A stretch of 64,000 nt of DNA from Balneola sp. (GTDB lineage Bacteria; Bacteroidota; Rhodothermia; Balneolales; Balneolaceae): the NCBI GenBank assembly GCA_048267905.1, contig JBLWWM010000001.1, positions 123,086 to 187,085 on the forward strand. The letters are read 5' to 3'. The notes beneath the pieces were generated by a model, which searched no databases, was not told the DNA's origin, and saw only the letters and a list, made by a program, of their open reading frames with translations. Position numbers and translations under genes: made by a program. How positions within the stretch are numbered: position 1 is the stretch's first letter; each line of letters starts with the position of its first letter. Below, in pieces: positions 37,651 through 48,062 of the stretch.

Positions 37651-38904
37651 ATGAAACCATCTATTCCTTTTATATTTCTGTCGTTCGGATTTATAATTCT
37701 GTTCATGAATTGTAAAGATCAGGGAACTACTCCACCCGAAGTAACGACTCCAGTAATTAGTGGCATTGAACTCAGTTCGGGTCAAATTATCGTAAGTGAT
37801 TCGTTGTTGATTACAGCAACCCTAAGCGAAGAATTGGGAAAAGAATATCTACTTAAATGGAAATTAAGTGGTTACCAAACCGACATTGATTCCTTAACAT
37901 CCGATGTTGTTTTTTCATGGAAAGCCCCCAAAGTGCATGGAAACTACGAACATTCCATACAAATAGTATCTGTTACTGGAGAGCCAATTTCAGAAGCTCA
38001 TCCATTTTCTACGGAAATATCTTCCGTTCCTGTTAATCCTGTAGAAGGGAATAAATTGGTGTTTTCGATGCCAGAAGGAGAAGATGGATTCAATCAAATA
38101 TTCAGTATGAATATTGATGGTACAGAATTAACCCAACTTACTTTTCTTGAAAGAAATGATGCTTATTCCCCTTCTTGGAGCCCAAATGGAAAACACATTG
38201 TATTTACAAGTTCTTATTTAGGCACTTCAGCTGGGCCTGCGGTTTATCTAATGAATGCGGATGGAACAAACTTTCGACCAATGAAACCGTCGCTCGATTC
38301 CACAGCAGCTTATTTTGGTAAATACCCAAAGTGGAGCCCGGATGGTACAATGATAACTTTTTCGTCCGGAGGACTTTCTAATGACATCATGGTGTATAAT
38401 TTTGAATCGGATTCAGTAATACAATTGACTAGCCACCCCACATATAATAGTCAACCGTATTGGAGTCCTGACAGCAAACAGATTGTATTTCAATCCAGAA
38501 GAGATGTTAATCCCGAGGATTCAACTAGATTAGGTAGTGATATCTATTTGATGAATATAGATGGAGGGAGTGTTCAACGGTTGACTGAAACTGGTTCCTC
38601 TTATACCCCAGTTTGGCATCCAGAAGAAAATACCATTGTATATAAAGGATATAGTGCAGAATCCACTTTGATGACTGTTGATGTGGAAACCAAGGAAGCA
38701 ATGAGGCTACAAGAGCCTTTTGAAGAAGGAGTATTACTTTGGCCAATGGCTTGGTCATCAGATGGAAGCCAGCTCTTAGTGCAAGTGTCAGATGGTTCCA
38801 CATATTCGTTTCACATTTTAGATATACGGTCAGGTGTTACAACAACAATACCTCTAGAACTAGAAAGCTACACCAGTATTGACTGGTATAACTATAAAGA
38901 ATAA
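37651..38904 (+). CDS. Lipoprotein with Ig-like domain and TolB-like PD40 (WD40-like) beta-propeller
   Basis: Lipobox-like FMNC; repeated PSWSPNG, PKWSPDG, PYWSPDS, PVWHPE and AWSSDG motifs. Confidence 0.85.
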   Translation: MKPSIPFIFLSFGFIILFMNCKDQGTTPPEVTTPVISGIELSSGQIIVSDSLLITATLSEELGKEYLLKWKLSGYQTDIDSLTSDVVFSWKAPKVHGNYEHSIQIVSVTGEPISEAHPFSTEISSVPVNPVEGNKLVFSMPEGEDGFNQIFSMNIDGTELTQLTFLERNDAYSPSWSPNGKHIVFTSSYLGTSAGPAVYLMNADGTNFRPMKPSLDSTAAYFGKYPKWSPDGTMITFSSGGLSNDIMVYNFESDSVIQLTSHPTYNSQPYWSPDSKQIVFQSRRDVNPEDSTRLGSDIYLMNIDGGSVQRLTETGSSYTPVWHPEENTIVYKGYSAESTLMTVDVETKEAMRLQEPFEEGVLLWPMAWSSDGSQLLVQVSDGSTYSFHILDIRSGVTTTIPLELESYTSIDWYNYKE

Positions 38905-38938
38905 ACGAATGTCTTTAAGGCTAACCATAACCTAAGAG

Positions 38939-39905
38939 GTGGGGGAAATGAAAAAATTAATGTTTTTAATATTCGTACTAGGTACGATAGACGTAGTGTA
39001 CGCTCAGAAATCAATTCAGACACAACAACAGTCTTGGTCAGAGTTCAAGGACAATGAGGGGGATAATTGGAAGGCTCGTTGGAGCGAAGGAACAGGCGTA
39101 CCAAAGATCATTTATAATGGAGTATCTAAATCGTATATGGGAACTCCAGTAACAATAGCACGTCAATTTCTTTTAGACAATAGAAATTTATTTTCGATGA
39201 AAGAAAGTCTGAGTGATTTAAAGCATAAATACACTAAAACAAATCGTGGTATCCAACACGTAACCTTTTATCAAGATTATCAGAACGTGATAATTAATGA
39301 GGCTGAGTATAAAGTACACATATCGCCAAATGGACAAGTAATTATGGCGAACGGTAATTATTACCCCAATATAGAAATATCAGTAATACCAACGTTATCA
39401 AAACAAGAAATAGTCACACATGCATTGAATAGAGTTGAAAATACTCAAGAACTAAGTTCAAGTTTCACCGAACCTGCTTTAATTATTTATCCAACTAATA
39501 AAGCAGAATTTAAACTTGCTTATAAAACGAGTAATACGAAGAGCAATGAACGTTATATAATTGATGCGCATTCAGGCAAGGTTGAAAGAAAACGGCGACG
39601 TTGACGATCGTCCAGAAAACCAAGCTGAACAAAGTGCAATGACTCAAGAATTTAGTCTGCAAAACTACTCAAACCCCTTCAACCCAACAACGAATATCAA
39701 TTTCACTTTGCCACAAAAAAGTGTGGTTTCGCTGATAGTGTATGATGTTTTGGGTAGAGAAGTAGCAACGCTTGTGAATGGAAATCTTCCAGCGGGTAAA
39801 CAAACCATTCGTTTCGATGCCTCAACCCTAGCCAACGGCATGTACTTGTACAAACTTCGAGTTGGTAATCAAGAAATTGTACGGAAGATGACGTTGATAA
39901 AATAA
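38939..39905 (+). pseudogene. Secreted M4/M36-type metallopeptidase remnant: signal + FTP/PepSY propeptide (38939-39604) joined out of frame to a Por/T9SS-like C-terminal sorting domain (39561-39905)
   Basis: Propeptide motifs (HVTFYQDYQNVIINEA..KVH; YIIDAHSGKV) end in a stop. The +1 frame gives QNYSNPFNPTTNINF..YDVLGREVATLVNG..G.Y.YKL..KMTLIK. No HExxH catalytic domain lies between them. Confidence 0.7.
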
Positions 39906-39927
39906 AACCTAATAGAACGGCATTTTG

Positions 39928-39972
39928 AACCTCCAATGTTACCAATTACCATAATGTTGGAGGTTTTTTATT
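39928..39972 (+). terminator. Rho-independent terminator
   Basis: AACCTCCAA...TTGGAGGTT followed by TTTTATTT. Confidence 0.7.
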
Positions 39973-40005
39973 TAGGAGTGGAAAAGTATTTTGTTAATAC
40001 TTCTT

Positions 40006-40749
40006 TTACCGAACTGGCGAACTATCCAACAAAAAATCAAAACTCTTGAGAGGAGTGGGGCCATTGTAATATTTAAAAGGCTCTCCAAACTCGAAGCCAG
40101 CTAAATGCCCAAAGTACCGAGCACGAGCTTCTAATTGCTTAAAGTAATTTTTAGAGGAAATGTAAGTTTCAGGTTCATCACCCGGATTTGAAACATTAAA
40201 TTGGGTAGAAAATGCTAAAATGGCTTCTTTCTTTGTTTCCCAATGTTCGGAAATGTCATAAACAAAATCTGGTTCAAACGGTCGGTCTTGCATGTAATGT
40301 AGAATATGCTTCGGACGCCATGGCTCTTGAGGCTCACCGGTTTCGTCTAAAGTCACAATCTTCTTCAAACCAGAATAAAAAAGAGCATCCAGAATTAACT
40401 GAGTAGATTTTCCATGATCTGGATGGCGATCGTGTGGGGCACCCGTTATGCAAATTTCAGGTTTACACTTTCTAACCTGCTCAATAATTTTTAATTGATT
40501 CTCTCTGTGATTGGCAACAATAGAATCTTTCATTCCTAAATTCGCACGGTACGAAACACCCAATATGTTAGAGGCATTTTCAGCTTCTTGTTTTCTAATT
40601 TCAACAGAGCCTCGAGTTCCCATTTCACCTTGGGTTAAATCAATAATCCCAGCTTTTTTCCCGCTAGCAATTACAGCGGCTACGGTTCCACCGCAATTCA
40701 ACTCGATATCGTCGGGGTGGGCTCCAAGAAAAAGAAAATCTACAGTCAT
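40006..40749 (-). CDS. bshB1: Bacillithiol biosynthesis deacetylase BshB1 (PIG-L family)
   Basis: GAHPDDIELNCGGT, DLTQGEMGTRG, DRHPDHG, ALFYSGL, YMQ, FGEPF. Confidence 0.88.
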   Translation of the reverse strand: MTVDFLFLGAHPDDIELNCGGTVAAVIASGKKAGIIDLTQGEMGTRGSVEIRKQEAENASNILGVSYRANLGMKDSIVANHRENQLKIIEQVRKCKPEICITGAPHDRHPDHGKSTQLILDALFYSGLKKIVTLDETGEPQEPWRPKHILHYMQDRPFEPDFVYDISEHWETKKEAILAFSTQFNVSNPGDEPETYISSKNYFKQLEARARYFGHLAGFEFGEPFKYYNGPTPLKSFDFLLDSSPVR

Positions 40750-40902
40750 TTTGTAATTATTTGATAGTTATAAATAATAACTTTGATAGGGCTGAGTAAA
40801 CTATAAGGATAAATTTTTTGTAAGCCCTTTTAATTAGAATTAAATGAAACTAAGAAATAAATCTGCCGTACGGAAACAGGTTCCACTAAAAAATAATAAC
40901 GC

Positions 40903-42129
40903 ATGAGACTATTTAACAGTTTGTACGAGGGTATGAAAGTCGCTCTTAAAGCCCTTAGTATAAATAAATTGAGATCTTTTCTAACAGCGCTTTGTATAAT
41001 TATTGGTATCACCATGGTGACGGTTGTAGATGCTGTTACTACGGGCATGGACGAGACTTTCGATCAAAGTATGGCAATGCTCGGCAAAAATGTTGTTTAC
41101 GTTGAAAAATGGCCTTGGGATGGTGGCGATAAAGAATGGTGGGAAATTGCCAACCGTAAAGAGATGAAAATGGAATATGTTTCTTTTCTAAGTGATCGGA
41201 TGACGCTTGCAAGTGATGTTACAGCCTCAGCAGGTAGAAGGGCAACTATTCGTTATGTTGATCAGATCGCAGAAGGAGTGCAAGTAAATGGTGCAACAGC
41301 AAATTTTTTGTCTATTCAAGGTCTCAATATCGAAAGTGGAAGAATGTTCACTGAGGAAGAAGCAAGGAGCGCTAGTAATGTAGTTATTATTGGAAAATCG
41401 CTTGAGGAAGCACTTTTTGAAAATCAATCAGCTCTTGGGAAACAGCTGCGGATAGCAGGTAAGAAATTTACAGTGATAGGTATAATTGAGAAGCAGGGAA
41501 GTTTTATGGGAATTGGCGACTCTGACAATAGAGCCATCATCCCGCTGAAGTCGTATGGAATAATATATGGTTTACGCTACGGCATTCAGATTGGCATTAA
41601 ATTTCCTAGTGAAGCAGCCGCTTTAGATGGTGAATACGAACTAGAAGGTCTAATGCGGCGCGTTAGGCAATTAGATGCAACAGAAGAGAATGACTTTGCT
41701 CTAAACAAACCTCAAGCCTTTGAAGAGCAACTTTCTAATTTTAAAAATGGACTCTACATGGGTGGATTTGTTCTAGTTGGACTTTCATTATTGATTGGAG
41801 GTATTGGAATTATGAATATTATGTTTGTATCGGTTAGAGAGCGCACAAAAGAAATTGGAATTCGAAAAGCAGTTGGAGCTCAATCGTGGGAAATATTAAG
41901 CCAATTTTTAATTGAAGCCATCGTAATTTGCTTGATTGGTGGAATTGTTGGAGTGGCGCTAGCGGGTGGCATAACACTGATGATTGACCAAGTGTTTACC
42001 GCAACTATGAATTTAAGTGTTGTCCTATTTGCTTTTTCTCTATGTACTTTTATCGGAGCATTATTTGGCTTTATTCCAGCCTATAGAGCCGCTAAATCTG
42101 ATCCTATAGAATCATTGAGGTTTGACTAA
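40903..42129 (+). CDS. ABC transporter permease (MacB/FtsX family)
   Basis: NKLRSFLT, periplasmic MacB domain, GGIGIMNIMFVSVRERTKEIGIRKAVGA, DPIESLR. Confidence 0.93.
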   Translation: MRLFNSLYEGMKVALKALSINKLRSFLTALCIIIGITMVTVVDAVTTGMDETFDQSMAMLGKNVVYVEKWPWDGGDKEWWEIANRKEMKMEYVSFLSDRMTLASDVTASAGRRATIRYVDQIAEGVQVNGATANFLSIQGLNIESGRMFTEEEARSASNVVIIGKSLEEALFENQSALGKQLRIAGKKFTVIGIIEKQGSFMGIGDSDNRAIIPLKSYGIIYGLRYGIQIGIKFPSEAAALDGEYELEGLMRRVRQLDATEENDFALNKPQAFEEQLSNFKNGLYMGGFVLVGLSLLIGGIGIMNIMFVSVRERTKEIGIRKAVGAQSWEILSQFLIEAIVICLIGGIVGVALAGGITLMIDQVFTATMNLSVVLFAFSLCTFIGALFGFIPAYRAAKSDPIESLRFD

Positions 42130-43352
42130 TGCATATTTCTGAAACTTTTCGCCAAGCTTCTGAGTCGCTAAAAGCGAATAAAGTAAGATCCGCGTTAACA
42201 CTTCTTGCTTTGGTAATTGGTGTGTTCTCTGTTATTGTATCTACCACTGCAGTAGCTGTTTTGGATAATTATTTTACTGAAACTATGAGCATCCTTGGAA
42301 GTGATGTTATCACTGTTCAAAAGAACCCAGCTGTTAATCTTGGTCCTAGAGATGCAAGTGTAAGAAATAGAAAACATCTTACCTTTGATGATGCGGAAGA
42401 CTTAGATGATAGAATGGAAATTGGGGAAGGTATGAGCCCCGTTACTTCATTTAGCTTTACTAGAATTAAGTACAATGAAAAAGAAACAGATCCTGATGTT
42501 ATGGTTAGGGGTGGGAATGGTGAGTATTTCGCTAATAATGCTTATGTAATTGAGGATGGTAGAAATTTCAATAATGAGGATTTGCAATATAGACGACCTG
42601 TAGTAATTATAGGCAAGGATGTACAAACGGAATTGTTTGATAGTGAATATCCTTTAGATAAGACGGTAAGAATAGATGGGCGCCCATATTTAGTAATAGG
42701 AATTCTAGAGAAAAAAGGGCAAATATTTGGGCAATCTTTTGACAATATAGTTGTGATACCTTACACAACGGGTATTAATGTATATGGTGGAAATCGAGGA
42801 ATTGGCATTCAATTAAGAGCCCCAGAAATTTCAAAAATTGAAGAGACACTAGACGAAGTTATTGGGATAATGCGTGTTATTCGAGGAGTTTCTCCTGTAG
42901 AAGACAATAATTTCGAAGTAATCACTAACGATTCGTTATCTGGTACATTTGATGCATTTACTGGAATCTTATACATCGCAGGGTTTATGGTAGGTGGAAT
43001 TACATTGCTTGGTGCTGGCATCGGTGTAATGAATATAATGCTTGTTTCGGTTACTGAACGAACTCGTGAGATTGGTATTAGAAAAGCAGTTGGAGCCACA
43101 AGAAAAGCAATTGTAAATCAGTTTTTGATGGAAACTATATTTATCTGCCAAATCGGAGGCTTGATGGGGCTCGTTTTTGGTATAGGAGTGGGTAATATTG
43201 CCGCATATTTTCTAGAATCGAATGTAGTAATTCCTATTTGGTCTGTAATTTTGAGCTTTTTTGGGATGACCTTTATCGGTCTAATATTTGGTGTTTATCC
43301 AGCTTACAAAGCTTCAAAATTAGATCCTATCGAAAGCCTACGTTATGAATAA
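42129..43352 (+). CDS. ABC transporter permease (MacB/FtsX family), paralog 2
   Basis: NKVRSALT, GIGVMNIMLVSVTERTREIGIRKAVGA, DPIESLRYE. Confidence 0.93.
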   Translation: MHISETFRQASESLKANKVRSALTLLALVIGVFSVIVSTTAVAVLDNYFTETMSILGSDVITVQKNPAVNLGPRDASVRNRKHLTFDDAEDLDDRMEIGEGMSPVTSFSFTRIKYNEKETDPDVMVRGGNGEYFANNAYVIEDGRNFNNEDLQYRRPVVIIGKDVQTELFDSEYPLDKTVRIDGRPYLVIGILEKKGQIFGQSFDNIVVIPYTTGINVYGGNRGIGIQLRAPEISKIEETLDEVIGIMRVIRGVSPVEDNNFEVITNDSLSGTFDAFTGILYIAGFMVGGITLLGAGIGVMNIMLVSVTERTREIGIRKAVGATRKAIVNQFLMETIFICQIGGLMGLVFGIGVGNIAAYFLESNVVIPIWSVILSFFGMTFIGLIFGVYPAYKASKLDPIESLRYE

Positions 43353-43400
43353 CTAATTGCTTATTTTAGATAGGTAATTAGTTAAAAAAAGGGCAGTATT

Positions 43401-43613
43401 ATGAACGATGAAATAATTAAGAACCTCAATGAGAAGATTGATAGCGCTATCGGAAAAGGAAAACAGTTGATTGCCGACGAAAACCTCAAAGCTAGAGCAG
43501 AAGATTTAAAGGAAAAGGCAGAGACGGTTGTTAAAAGCCATCCAGTAAAAAGTATTGTTGCAGGTTTAGTGATTGGTTTTTTAATCGGAAAAATTCTCAG
43601 TTCAGAAGATTAA
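43401..43613 (+). CDS. ElaB/YqjD (DUF883)-like tail-anchored protein
   Basis: Helical N-terminus, then HPVKSIVAGLVIGFLIGKIL C-terminal anchor. Confidence 0.75.
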   Translation: MNDEIIKNLNEKIDSAIGKGKQLIADENLKARAEDLKEKAETVVKSHPVKSIVAGLVIGFLIGKILSSED

Positions 43614-43614
43614 G

Positions 43615-44028
43615 ATGGATTTATTAGGGCAACGTATAAAAAATGTTAGCAAAGATCTCAAAAGCTATATAGAAGCTCGTATTGAGTTATTAGTATTAAA
43701 TGGTAGTGAGAAGGCAACTCAAATTATTGGGCAGGCTGTACAGCAACTTTTTGTAGTTTTAATTGTATTAATTGGACTTCTATTGTCACTTATAGGCTTA
43801 GGTTTTTATTTAGGTGAAGTACTAAAAAGCAATGCCTACGGATTCTTCCTTATTGGGGCACTATTTTTAATTATTGGTCTACTTCTTTTACTCATTAAAC
43901 CAAAAGGAATTGCCAAAAAGGTTCAAGCTCAATTTATGGAAGAAGTACTAGCAGGTTTAGAAGACCAAAATACCGAGGGAGAATCTCCAAAATTCTTACC
44001 AACTAAAAAACAAGAAGAGGTGAGTTAA
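43615..44028 (+). CDS. YqjE-like membrane protein (phage holin family 3_6-like)
   Basis: YIEARIELL, two TM helices; lies between the DUF883-like and YqjK-like genes. Confidence 0.7.
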   Translation: MDLLGQRIKNVSKDLKSYIEARIELLVLNGSEKATQIIGQAVQQLFVVLIVLIGLLLSLIGLGFYLGEVLKSNAYGFFLIGALFLIIGLLLLLIKPKGIAKKVQAQFMEEVLAGLEDQNTEGESPKFLPTKKQEEVS

Positions 44029-44029
44029 A

Positions 44030-44380
44030 TTGGCAAATCAAAATATTTCAAAATTAGAGAAAAAAAAACAAGAGTTAGAGAATGAATTAGTTCGACTTCA
44101 GCATGGATTAGATGATTCCATAGAGTCTGTTAAAGAAGGCGTTGTTGAAAATTTAGATCCAAAATCAACTATTAGGAAGTATCCACTTCCAGCCTTAGGA
44201 ATATCTTTAGTAATAGGTTACATGCTAGGTCATTCTCGTAAAAGAAGATTTGATAGCCAAGATAGTGTAGGTACGCTTTTAGGTACAGAGTTAAAAAGAA
44301 TGATTACTAAAAAAGGAATATCACTCTTTACAGATTATGTGGAGAGCAAGATTACTAATGAGAGAAAACCTCAAGACTAG
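44030..44380 (+). CDS. YqjK-like hypothetical protein
   Basis: Coiled coil LEKKKQELE, then KYPLPALGISLVIGYMLG. Confidence 0.55.
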   Translation: MANQNISKLEKKKQELENELVRLQHGLDDSIESVKEGVVENLDPKSTIRKYPLPALGISLVIGYMLGHSRKRRFDSQDSVGTLLGTELKRMITKKGISLFTDYVESKITNERKPQD

Positions 44381-44497
44381 TTAATCACGTAAAATTTCTG
44401 TAAAAGGTTTATAAAGTCAGGTATACTACAACAAATTTGCAACTAAATTTGTCGTCTAACGTGGAAGCGAACCATCAACATAAAAAGAATCCAAAAG

Positions 44498-45874
44498 ATG
44501 AAAAAATCATTATTAATGACGGTACTTGTAGCCGTACTAAGCACTGGCATTATTTATGCCCAGGAAGCAAAGAAAACCATCACTCTACAAGACGCCATTG
44601 AACTTGCTTTAAAGAATAACTACCAGTTGAAGACTGCTAAGAATAATTTAGACTTAGCCGAATATAGAATTACTAGTGAGAAAGCTGACTTTTTACCTAG
44701 TATTAGTTCTAGTATTGGTTTTTCAACACAAACAGGCCAGCAATTTGTACAAGAGCAACTCGCTTTTACAGATGTTACATCTTCAAGTGGAAGTGGGCGA
44801 TTAAGTGCCAGTATTCCAATTTTTAATGGGTTTAGTAACATTTTAACCCTTAGATCTAGTAAAGCTAGCAAACTTTCAAGTGAAGAAAGCTTAAATAGAA
44901 TTCAAGAGAATGTAATTTTTGAAGCTGCATCACGATACCTACAGGTTTTACTAAACACCCAATTGCTAGAAGACGCAATTGATAATTTAGAGACCTCTCA
45001 AAAAGTATTGGAGCAAACTAAAGCCCAAGTTGAAGTTGGGTCTCGACCAAGTGTAGACTTATACAACCAAGAAGCTACAGTTGCAAATAATGAGTATACC
45101 GTTACGCAAAGAGAGAATACGTTGAAGCTCAGTAAGCTATTATTAGTGAGATCTTTGCAAATTGATCCATTACAAGATTATGAATTTGTAGTTCCAAATT
45201 TTGATCCCACTTCTGCTCAAGCTTCTGCTATGGCTGGTTATAACATAAAAGATTTAATAGATGAAGCTTTATTATCTCGATCTGACTTGAAAAGTACAGA
45301 ATTTAATATTCAATCATTAAAGTATTCTCTCGATATAGCTAAAGGTAGCTTATTACCAACTATCAGTGGAAGTGCTAGCTTGTCCTCTAGTTATAGTGAT
45401 CAAGCAAAAGATCCTTTAACAGGTGGAGACGCTTCTTTTAATGACCAATTTTTCGATCAACGTGTTAACAAATCGATTGGACTTTCTTTAAGTCTTCCAA
45501 TTTTTAGTAATTGGAACAGAATGACTCAAATTCAATCAGCAAAGGTTAGTTTAAAAAACGCTGAATTAGGGCTTGAAAACACAACCCTTCAAGTTATCCA
45601 AGAAGTAACCCAAGCTTTTAATGATTATTCATCTTATTCATCTCAGTTAACTGCAGCTCAAAAGTCTTTAGTAGCCGCTGAGAAAGCATTTGAGACTCAA
45701 CAAGAAAGATATAATGTAGGTGCAAGTACTCTAATTGAGTTAAGCCAATCACAAACACAATTTTTCAATGCGCAGTCTTCAAAAACGAGCGCCATGTACA
45801 ATCTAATATTTCAAGAAAAATTATTAGACTATTACTTGGGTAAGCTCAATAAAACAGACGTTAGTTTTAACTAA
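44498..45874 (+). CDS. TolC-family outer membrane efflux protein
   Basis: TLQDAIELALKNN, two OEP repeats, ERYNVGASTLIEL. Confidence 0.93.
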   Translation: MKKSLLMTVLVAVLSTGIIYAQEAKKTITLQDAIELALKNNYQLKTAKNNLDLAEYRITSEKADFLPSISSSIGFSTQTGQQFVQEQLAFTDVTSSSGSGRLSASIPIFNGFSNILTLRSSKASKLSSEESLNRIQENVIFEAASRYLQVLLNTQLLEDAIDNLETSQKVLEQTKAQVEVGSRPSVDLYNQEATVANNEYTVTQRENTLKLSKLLLVRSLQIDPLQDYEFVVPNFDPTSAQASAMAGYNIKDLIDEALLSRSDLKSTEFNIQSLKYSLDIAKGSLLPTISGSASLSSSYSDQAKDPLTGGDASFNDQFFDQRVNKSIGLSLSLPIFSNWNRMTQIQSAKVSLKNAELGLENTTLQVIQEVTQAFNDYSSYSSQLTAAQKSLVAAEKAFETQQERYNVGASTLIELSQSQTQFFNAQSSKTSAMYNLIFQEKLLDYYLGKLNKTDVSFN

Positions 45875-45899
45875 ACCCTTCTAGAAACAAAAGAACATT

Positions 45900-47273
45900 A
45901 TGGCGAATAAAAAAACATCAACTGGAAAAATTATACTTTGGTTTGTAGGTGTAATTGCGGCAATTGCTTTAGTAGGTCTAGGGCTTAGATATAGTGGAGT
46001 GATTGGAAATAACGCTTCAGAAGTTAAAGTAGATGCCGAAATTGCAAAACTTAAAACCATTACCCAGATTGTTTCGTCTTCAGGGAAAATACAACCTGAA
46101 ATCGAAGTTATTATTCGCCCAGATGTTTCTGGTGAAATTATTGAGTTAGCTGTTAAAGAAGGTGACTTTATTCGTAAAGGCGACTTGCTTGTTCGTATTA
46201 AGCCTGATATATATCAAGCTCGTATTGATGAACTAAATGCGGCTTTATTAACACAAAAAGCTCGTATGGAGCAAACACGTGCTACTCTAATTCAGGCTGA
46301 AGCTGTTCATAATAAGAATATTGAACTATATGAAAGAAATGTAATTTCAGAGTTAGACTTTATTCAAACTAAAGCTAATTTTGAATCGCAAAAAGCAAGT
46401 TTACAAGCTTCTAAATATCAAATTCAAAGTGCAGAAGCTCAATTAAGAAAAGCAAAAGAAGAACTTCAGCAAACAGTTATCAGAGCTCCTCAAGACGGAA
46501 CAATAACAGGTCTTACTATAGAATTAGGTGAGCGTGTTTTAGGTAACTCACAAATGGCTGGAACCGATATGATGCGAGTTTCTTTACTAGATAAAATGGA
46601 AGTGCTTGTAGAAGTAAACGAGAATGATATTGTCAATATCACGTCTTTGGATACTGCTCGTATTGAAGTGGATGCGTATCCTGAAAGAAGATTTAATGGA
46701 ATAGTTACTGAAATTGCCAACTCAGCAAGAATAACTGGATCAGGTTCAAGTGAGCAGGTAACAAACTATCAGGTTAAAGTTAGAATTGTTACCCCACATA
46801 ATTTAAGCATGCATGGAGATAAGCTAGTAAAAAGTGAAGCGTCTGAAAATCCAGATAAAAACTTTGTACCAAATTTTAAGCCAGGTATGTCAGCAACTGT
46901 AGATATTGAAACTGAGTCTGTAGTTAATGTGGTTTCTATTCCAATCCAAGCTGTAACTGTACGTGATTTTTCTAAAGACAAGAATAAAAGAGGTTCAACT
47001 TCTGCGGATAGCACAGACCAAGTAACTGACAACCTAGTAGTAAAGAAAGAAGATTTACGTAAAGTTGTGTTTTTAGTTAAAGATGGAAAAGCTGTTAGAA
47101 CGGAAGTTGAAACTGGAATTAGTGATAACACTCATATACAAATATTGTCAGGCATAGAAGCTGGCGATGAAATTGTAATTGGTAGCTATAGAATTCTTTC
47201 TAGAACATTAGCAGATGGTGATGATGTAGATACCCAGAATACCAAAACGGAAATAGCGTCAATTAAAAATTAA
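45900..47273 (+). CDS. Efflux periplasmic adaptor (MacA/HlyD family)
   Basis: [49 protein letters not shown]. Confidence 0.93.
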   Translation: MANKKTSTGKIILWFVGVIAAIALVGLGLRYSGVIGNNASEVKVDAEIAKLKTITQIVSSSGKIQPEIEVIIRPDVSGEIIELAVKEGDFIRKGDLLVRIKPDIYQARIDELNAALLTQKARMEQTRATLIQAEAVHNKNIELYERNVISELDFIQTKANFESQKASLQASKYQIQSAEAQLRKAKEELQQTVIRAPQDGTITGLTIELGERVLGNSQMAGTDMMRVSLLDKMEVLVEVNENDIVNITSLDTARIEVDAYPERRFNGIVTEIANSARITGSGSSEQVTNYQVKVRIVTPHNLSMHGDKLVKSEASENPDKNFVPNFKPGMSATVDIETESVVNVVSIPIQAVTVRDFSKDKNKRGSTSADSTDQVTDNLVVKKEDLRKVVFLVKDGKAVRTEVETGISDNTHIQILSGIEAGDEIVIGSYRILSRTLADGDDVDTQNTKTEIASIKN

Positions 47274-47280
47274 GGGCATT

Positions 47281-48006
47281 ATGTCAGCGAGACCAATAAT
47301 AGAGATATCGAATCTTACTCGTTTTTATCAGATGGGAGAGACCATTGTAAAAGCGTTAAATGGTGTAAGTTTTAATATTCTTGAAAACGAATATATTGCA
47401 ATTATGGGGCCTTCTGGTTCTGGTAAGTCTACTTTAATGAATATGATAGGTTGTTTAGATACTCCCTCAGCGGGCGAGTATATCTTAAACAATAACCGAG
47501 TGAGCGAAATGGATGATGCAGAGCTTGCTGAAGTTAGAAACAGGGAAATAGGTTTTGTTTTTCAAACGTTTAACCTCTTGCCTAGAACTTCGTGCTTGGC
47601 TAATGTTGAATTACCTCTAATTTATGCGGGTATAAAATCCCAAGAAAGAAAAGAAAGAGCTACCGATGTACTTACAAAAGTTGGGCTTGGAACTAGGCTA
47701 GATCACAAGCCAAATGAACTTTCTGGTGGTCAACGTCAACGTGTAGCGATTGCTCGTGCACTTGTTAATAGACCTTCTATTCTGTTGGCTGATGAGCCTA
47801 CTGGAAACTTAGATTCTAAAACAGGGGAGGAAATAATGATGCTTTTTGAAGAGCTATATCGCCAAGGAAATACCATAATCTTAGTAACTCATGAGAATGA
47901 GATTGCAGAGCATTCTAGGCGCATTGTACGCCTTAGAGATGGGGTTATAGAAACGGATGATAAGGTTGAACATCCAACTCTTGCTAATCTCGAATTAACA
48001 GTATAA
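47281..48006 (+). CDS. ABC transporter ATP-binding protein (MacB/LolD-like)
   Basis: [31 protein letters not shown]. Confidence 0.96.
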   Translation: MSARPIIEISNLTRFYQMGETIVKALNGVSFNILENEYIAIMGPSGSGKSTLMNMIGCLDTPSAGEYILNNNRVSEMDDAELAEVRNREIGFVFQTFNLLPRTSCLANVELPLIYAGIKSQERKERATDVLTKVGLGTRLDHKPNELSGGQRQRVAIARALVNRPSILLADEPTGNLDSKTGEEIMMLFEELYRQGNTIILVTHENEIAEHSRRIVRLRDGVIETDDKVEHPTLANLELTV

Positions 48007-48035
48007 AAAAAGGCGCTCATTTGAGCGCCTTTTTT
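48005..48035. terminator. Bidirectional Rho-independent terminator
   Basis: AAAAAAAGGCGCTCA-T-TTGAGCGCCTTTTTT between convergent genes. Confidence 0.9.
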
Positions 48036-48062
48036 ATATAAAATAAATGGTAATCAGACTAT

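Noticed and set aside
39561-39604. Programmed +1 frameshift joining the propeptide and the sorting domain
   Set aside because: No recognised shift site; the fused product would still lack a catalytic domain, and the sorting motif is mutated. A deletion is the simpler explanation.
43615-44028. Holin implying a prophage
   Set aside because: YqjE-like context, with no endolysin or other phage genes in the window.
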